Assembly: GCA_963827685.1 (NCBI GenBank)
Contig: CAWHBU010000003.1
Location: 64,001 to 128,000, forward strand
From: an uncultured delta proteobacterium
GTDB lineage: Bacteria; Desulfobacterota; BSN033; UBA1163
DNA length: 64,000 nt
Direction of reading: 5' to 3'
In this document: positions 59,814 to 64,000 of the stretch, piece after piece
How positions within the stretch are numbered: the stretch's first letter is position 1
Layout of the letters: every line of letters begins with the position of its first letter
Program-made: the position numbers and the translations under genes
Notes under the pieces: generated by a model
What the model saw: the letters and a program-made list of their open reading frames with translations, nothing else
Told to the model about the DNA's origin: nothing
Databases searched by the model: none

Positions 59814-61078
59814 AAGCGAAAGGACCGGTGGTAATCTGTTTATCTTTATGGATGGTTTTTATTTTGTCAGCACCACTTTTTGCCCAACCGTCCAAGGTGA
59901 TTAAAATTGGGGCCGTCTATCCCTTGACGGGTAACATCGCCTCAACAGGGCTTGATTGCAAACGGGGAGCAGAGCTTGCCGTCGATATTATTAATGGCAA
60001 ATATGATCTTAATCTCCCCCTGGCGAAGGTCGAGGGGCTGCCGAACCTTGGAGGCGTCAAAATCGAGCTTGTTTTTGCCGACACGAAGGGAGACCCCAGA
60101 AATGGTATGTCGGAAACTGAAAGACTCATCAGTCAAGAGAAGGTCGTCGCCATTATCGGAGCCTATCAGAGCTCGGTGACCAAAACAGCAAGCCAGGCGA
60201 CAGAAAGACTTAAAGTGCCCTATGTCTGCTCCGACTCCTCTTCCCCTACGCTGACGGAGAGAGGGTTCCAATATTTCTTCAGGGTCAGCCCGCATGATGG
60301 GATTTTTGCCAGAGACCAATTCCAGTTCCTGAAAGATCTGGAGAAAAAAACAGGACAGAAGGTCAGCACGATTGCCCTTCTTTATGAGAATACCGAATTC
60401 GGATCCAATGTGGGAAAAGCGGCAGCTCAATATGCGAAGGAATTCGGTTACAAAGTTGTGGCAGATGTTTCCTACCCTGCTAATGCCACAGACGTCACCA
60501 GTGAGGTGGGAGCGTTGATAAAGGCTAAACCCGATGTTTTGATGCATGCCTCCTACATTACAGACGCCATCCTTTTTACCAAGACATTCAAAGAAATGAA
60601 TTTTTCACCCAAAGGGATCATGACCTTTGCCGGCTATATCGAGCCTGCCTATCTCCCCGCGGTGAAGTCAGATGGGAACTACATTATCATCCGGTCAACG
60701 TTCGCCCTGGATCTTGCGAAAGGCAAACCGCTCGTTGCCCAGGTGAACGAGCTCTTTAGGAAAAAGTACGGGCTTGACATGAGTGAGAATGCGGCCCGCA
60801 GTTTTGCGGCTCCCTTTGTCCTCGCGGATGCCATCAATCGGGCCAAGTCGATCAAGAGTGATGATATTGTCAAGGCTCTGCTTCAAACCAATATCCCCGG
60901 CGATCAAATGATTTATCCCTGGAAAGGGATCAAATTTGATCCGAAAACGCACCAGAACATATACGCACGCGGGACCCTCGTCCAGGTTCTGGACGAGAAA
61001 TACGTGACGGTGTGGCCCTTTGACGCCGCAGCGAAAGGGGTTGTCTGGCCATTCCCGGCTTGGAGGGGGAGAAAGTAA
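59810..61078 (+). CDS. LIV-type ABC transporter substrate-binding protein
   Basis: Signal peptide; KIGAVYPLTG, GAYQSSVT, YFFR motifs. Confidence 0.9.
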   Translation: MKAKGPVVICLSLWMVFILSAPLFAQPSKVIKIGAVYPLTGNIASTGLDCKRGAELAVDIINGKYDLNLPLAKVEGLPNLGGVKIELVFADTKGDPRNGMSETERLISQEKVVAIIGAYQSSVTKTASQATERLKVPYVCSDSSSPTLTERGFQYFFRVSPHDGIFARDQFQFLKDLEKKTGQKVSTIALLYENTEFGSNVGKAAAQYAKEFGYKVVADVSYPANATDVTSEVGALIKAKPDVLMHASYITDAILFTKTFKEMNFSPKGIMTFAGYIEPAYLPAVKSDGNYIIIRSTFALDLAKGKPLVAQVNELFRKKYGLDMSENAARSFAAPFVLADAINRAKSIKSDDIVKALLQTNIPGDQMIYPWKGIKFDPKTHQNIYARGTLVQVLDEKYVTVWPFDAAAKGVVWPFPAWRGRK

Positions 61079-61111
61079 GAAAACAAACATCCAACGACGA
61101 GGTGAAGACAG

Positions 61112-61972
61112 GTGCCTGAACAGCTCTTACAGCAGGTGATAAATGGTCTGTTGATCGGATTCATGTATGCCCTGATCGCGATAGGTCTGACGCTCATCTG
61201 GGGTGTGATGAATATTGTCAATTTTGCCCACGGCGACTTCCTGATGGTCGGTATGTTCGCCTCCTTCTGGCTTTACACCCTCTATGGCTTAGACCCCATT
61301 TTTTCCATCCCTGTCTGCACGGCCCTCCTCTTTGTGATGGGAGTGCTCATCTACCGCTTCGTTGTGAGCAAGGTGATGTCCGGACCGATACTGGCCCAGC
61401 TGGTGGTCACCTTCGGGGTCAGCATCTTCATCTCCAACCTGGCCGTCTATTTGTGGACCCCCGACTTTCGACTCATTTCAAAGCCACTCCTCAGCGGCAC
61501 CTGGGTGATCGGAGAGGTCCAGCTGAGTATTCCGAAAACCGTGGCCTCCATCGGGAGCGTCATCACCTCCCTTTTTGTTTTCCTTTTCCTGAAAAAGACG
61601 AAGACGGGTAAGGCCATTCTTGCGACCGAAATGGATCGGGAGGCGGCACTGCTGATGGGTATCAACACAGAGCGTATCAACTCCTTCTCCTTCGGGATGG
61701 GTGCTGCCCTCGTTGGAATTGCGGGGGCCTTCTTGTCGACCTACTATTACATCTATCCTCAGGTGGGCGGTGTCTTCGGCACGATCGCCTTTTGCGTTGT
61801 GGCCCTCGGTGGTTTCGGGAGCATCGAGGGGGCTTTCATCGCGGGGATCTTGGTGGGACTGGTTCAGACCCTGGGAGGTTTTTTCTTCGATCCTGCCTAC
61901 AAGTATGCCATCGTCTTTATGATCTATCTCATCACGGTCTGGATAAGGCCCCAGGGACTCTTAGGATGGTAG
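61112..61972 (+). CDS. livH: LIV-type ABC permease
   Basis: YALIAIGLTLIWGVMNIVNFAHG, LGGFGS. Confidence 0.88.
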   Translation: MPEQLLQQVINGLLIGFMYALIAIGLTLIWGVMNIVNFAHGDFLMVGMFASFWLYTLYGLDPIFSIPVCTALLFVMGVLIYRFVVSKVMSGPILAQLVVTFGVSIFISNLAVYLWTPDFRLISKPLLSGTWVIGEVQLSIPKTVASIGSVITSLFVFLFLKKTKTGKAILATEMDREAALLMGINTERINSFSFGMGAALVGIAGAFLSTYYYIYPQVGGVFGTIAFCVVALGGFGSIEGAFIAGILVGLVQTLGGFFFDPAYKYAIVFMIYLITVWIRPQGLLGW

Positions 61973-61975
61973 CCC

Positions 61976-62941
61976 ATGCGGAATATGACATTTAAACAGA
62001 TCTGCAGCGGATTGATCGCCTTGATCTTTGTGGTCATCTTTCCTCTTCTTACTACGAATACTTTTGCCCAGCATGTCATGATCCTCTTTTTCATGTTCGG
62101 AATGATGGGAGTTGCCTGGAATATCATGGGTGGCTATGCAGGGATGTTCTCCTTTGGCCAGGTGGCCTTTTTCGGCATCGGAGCTTATACCTCCTCTTTC
62201 CTGCTGATGGCCTACCAGGTCAATCCCTGGATAGGGCTGATCGTCGGCGGATTGGTAGCCGCCCTGGTGGGCGCAGCCATTGGCTATCCCTGTTCTAATT
62301 TAAGAGGCCACTACTTTGCGATCGCCAGCATTGCCTTTGGCGAGATCGTCCGAACCCATTTCAATAACTGGAAGCTGATCGGCGCGGCGGAAGGCCTGTC
62401 TCTCCCGATGTTGAATGAAGGGTTCAAGAATTTCATGTTCCATTCATCTAAGTTGCCCTATTATTACATTATGCTTGCCTTCCTGATCATCTCCCTGCTG
62501 GTCTGTTATCTTATCAGCACTTCCAAAATAGGGTATTATTTCCGAGCCATAAAAGAAAGCCACGACGTCGCCAAGGTTCTTGGGATCAACGTCGTCTGGT
62601 ACCGCCTCATCGCCATCATGATCAGTGCGTTTCTAACGGCCATGGCGGGAACCTTCTATGCTCAGTACGTTCTTTACATAGATCCGGAGAGTGTGATGTT
62701 GCTGCCCATATCGATCCAGATCGTCCTGATATCGATGCTTGGAGGAGCGGGCTCGGTGATGGGGCCTGTCGTCGGCGCGGCGATCCTGATCCCTACTTCC
62801 GAAGTCACACGAGTTTGGTTGGGTCATAAGGGGACCGGAGTCGACATGTTGATCTACGGATTCCTCATCACCCTCATCTCCGTTTATCAACCGAAAGGGG
62901 TATGGGGACTGTTTACGAATATGGGCAAGAGGGCAAAATGA
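61976..62941 (+). CDS. livM: LIV-type ABC permease
   Basis: WNIMGGYAG..SFGQ, LRGHYFAI, LGGAGS..GP. Confidence 0.88.
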   Translation: MRNMTFKQICSGLIALIFVVIFPLLTTNTFAQHVMILFFMFGMMGVAWNIMGGYAGMFSFGQVAFFGIGAYTSSFLLMAYQVNPWIGLIVGGLVAALVGAAIGYPCSNLRGHYFAIASIAFGEIVRTHFNNWKLIGAAEGLSLPMLNEGFKNFMFHSSKLPYYYIMLAFLIISLLVCYLISTSKIGYYFRAIKESHDVAKVLGINVVWYRLIAIMISAFLTAMAGTFYAQYVLYIDPESVMLLPISIQIVLISMLGGAGSVMGPVVGAAILIPTSEVTRVWLGHKGTGVDMLIYGFLITLISVYQPKGVWGLFTNMGKRAK

Positions 62942-63675
62942 AGAAGGGTTCTTGTCTGGAAGTGAAAGGGATTACGAAACATTTTGGAGGACTCTACGCA
63001 AATGACGACATCGATTTCTCTGTCGAGGAAGGAGAGATTGTAAGCATTATCGGCCCGAACGGAGCGGGAAAATCGACGCTATTTAACTGCATTACGGGTT
63101 TTTATCCACCCAACAGCGGGAAGGTATTCTTTTTCGGAGAAGAGATCACCCATCGAAGGGCGGATACCATCTGCAAAAGGGGGGTGGCAAGAACCTTTCA
63201 GGTCGTTCAGATTATCGGAGATATGACGGTTCTGGAAAATGTGACGACAGGGGCACTGCTCCGTTATACGAAAATAGGTCACGCCAGAAGAAAGGCTGAA
63301 GAAGTGTTGGCCTTTACCGGTCTGGTAGAGAAGAAAAACTTCCCTGGGATGGCGCTGACCATTGCAGATAAAAAGAGACTGGAAGTGTCGATGGCCTTGG
63401 CCACTCAGCCAAGGCTGCTCATGCTCGACGAATCGATGGCAGGGCTTACGGTTGTCGAGCTTAGAAAGATGATTGACCTGATCAAAAGTATTAGGAAAAA
63501 CGGGATGACCCTCATTGTTGTGGAGCATGTGATGGAGGCCGTCATGGAGATATCCGATCGTGTGGTCGTCTTGAATTCAGGAAAAAAGATCATGGAAGGC
63601 TCTCCGAAGGAAGTGGTTTGCCACGCAGACGTCATTCAAGCCTACCTGGGGGAGCGGTATGTTGTCAGTCAATAA
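62938..63675 (+). CDS. livG: LIV-type ABC ATPase
   Basis: GPNGAGKST, ARTFQ, MLDE, VEH, AYLG; ATGA overlap. Confidence 0.9.
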   Translation: MKKGSCLEVKGITKHFGGLYANDDIDFSVEEGEIVSIIGPNGAGKSTLFNCITGFYPPNSGKVFFFGEEITHRRADTICKRGVARTFQVVQIIGDMTVLENVTTGALLRYTKIGHARRKAEEVLAFTGLVEKKNFPGMALTIADKKRLEVSMALATQPRLLMLDESMAGLTVVELRKMIDLIKSIRKNGMTLIVVEHVMEAVMEISDRVVVLNSGKKIMEGSPKEVVCHADVIQAYLGERYVVSQ

Positions 63676-64000
63676 TATTTCTGTCGGTTATAAGGGCCTT
63701 CTAGCAATCCAGGACGTCTCCTTTCATGTGGATCAGGGGGAAGTCGTCAGCCTCATCGGTTCCAACGGCGCCGGAAAATCGACCATTCTGAAGACCATTT
63801 CAGGTCTTTTGCATCCGGAGAAAGGAGAAATCCTACTCGATCATCATCCTATCCATGAGACGCCAACCTATGACATCGTGAAGAAAAAGATTTCGATGAT
63901 TCCGGAAGGCAGGCGGCTGTTTGGCAGGCTATCCGTCTTGGACAATCTCCTCCTGGGTGCCTATGTTCTCAATTCCAAAGAGGAGATAGAGAATGCCCTC
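63659..64000 (+). CDS. livF: LIV-type ABC ATPase, 3'-truncated by the window edge
   Basis: ATG 63659 reads MLSVNNISVGY...IGSNGAGKST...PEGRRLF...NLLLGAY; open to the window end. Confidence 0.9.
   Translation, partial: MLSVNNISVGYKGLLAIQDVSFHVDQGEVVSLIGSNGAGKSTILKTISGLLHPEKGEILLDHHPIHETPTYDIVKKKISMIPEGRRLFGRLSVLDNLLLGAYVLNSKEEIENAL

Overview
Chromosomal window from an anaerobe, most likely Desulfobacterota/deltaproteobacterium-like (inferred from the class III cytochrome c3, the Hmc/Tmc-type subunits and HdrL). Bases 1-27.3 kb hold a co-oriented Wood-Ljungdahl methyl-branch/energy supercluster. Its order is acsC-acsE-metF-[NarI/HmcE-like cytochrome b, 2x4Fe-4S protein, tetraheme cytochrome c3]-metV, a divergent second metF, a PAS histidine kinase, hdrC-hdrB-hdrL-mvhD-hdrA-mvhD(Sec)-metV-metF, two receiver proteins, and a HoxEFU/HydCB-like diaphorase with no catalytic subunit. 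Nearly every gene junction in this cluster carries a different period-6/7/8 tandem-repeat hairpin. Bases 27.3-57 kb are an accessory mosaic: hicBA flanked by a duplicated hoxU 3' end, integron-like att motifs, IS630, two IS1182-family copies that seem to split one REP-like palindrome 24 kb apart, CoA/alcohol metabolism genes including an AOR-ADH fusion, hypAB, hydrolases and nested MITE/REP elements. Bases 57-64 kb hold garR/glxR-hyi and a divergent GntR plus LIV-type ABC transporter. No rRNA, tRNA or CRISPR array was seen. All calls come from reading motifs by eye; no searches were run.
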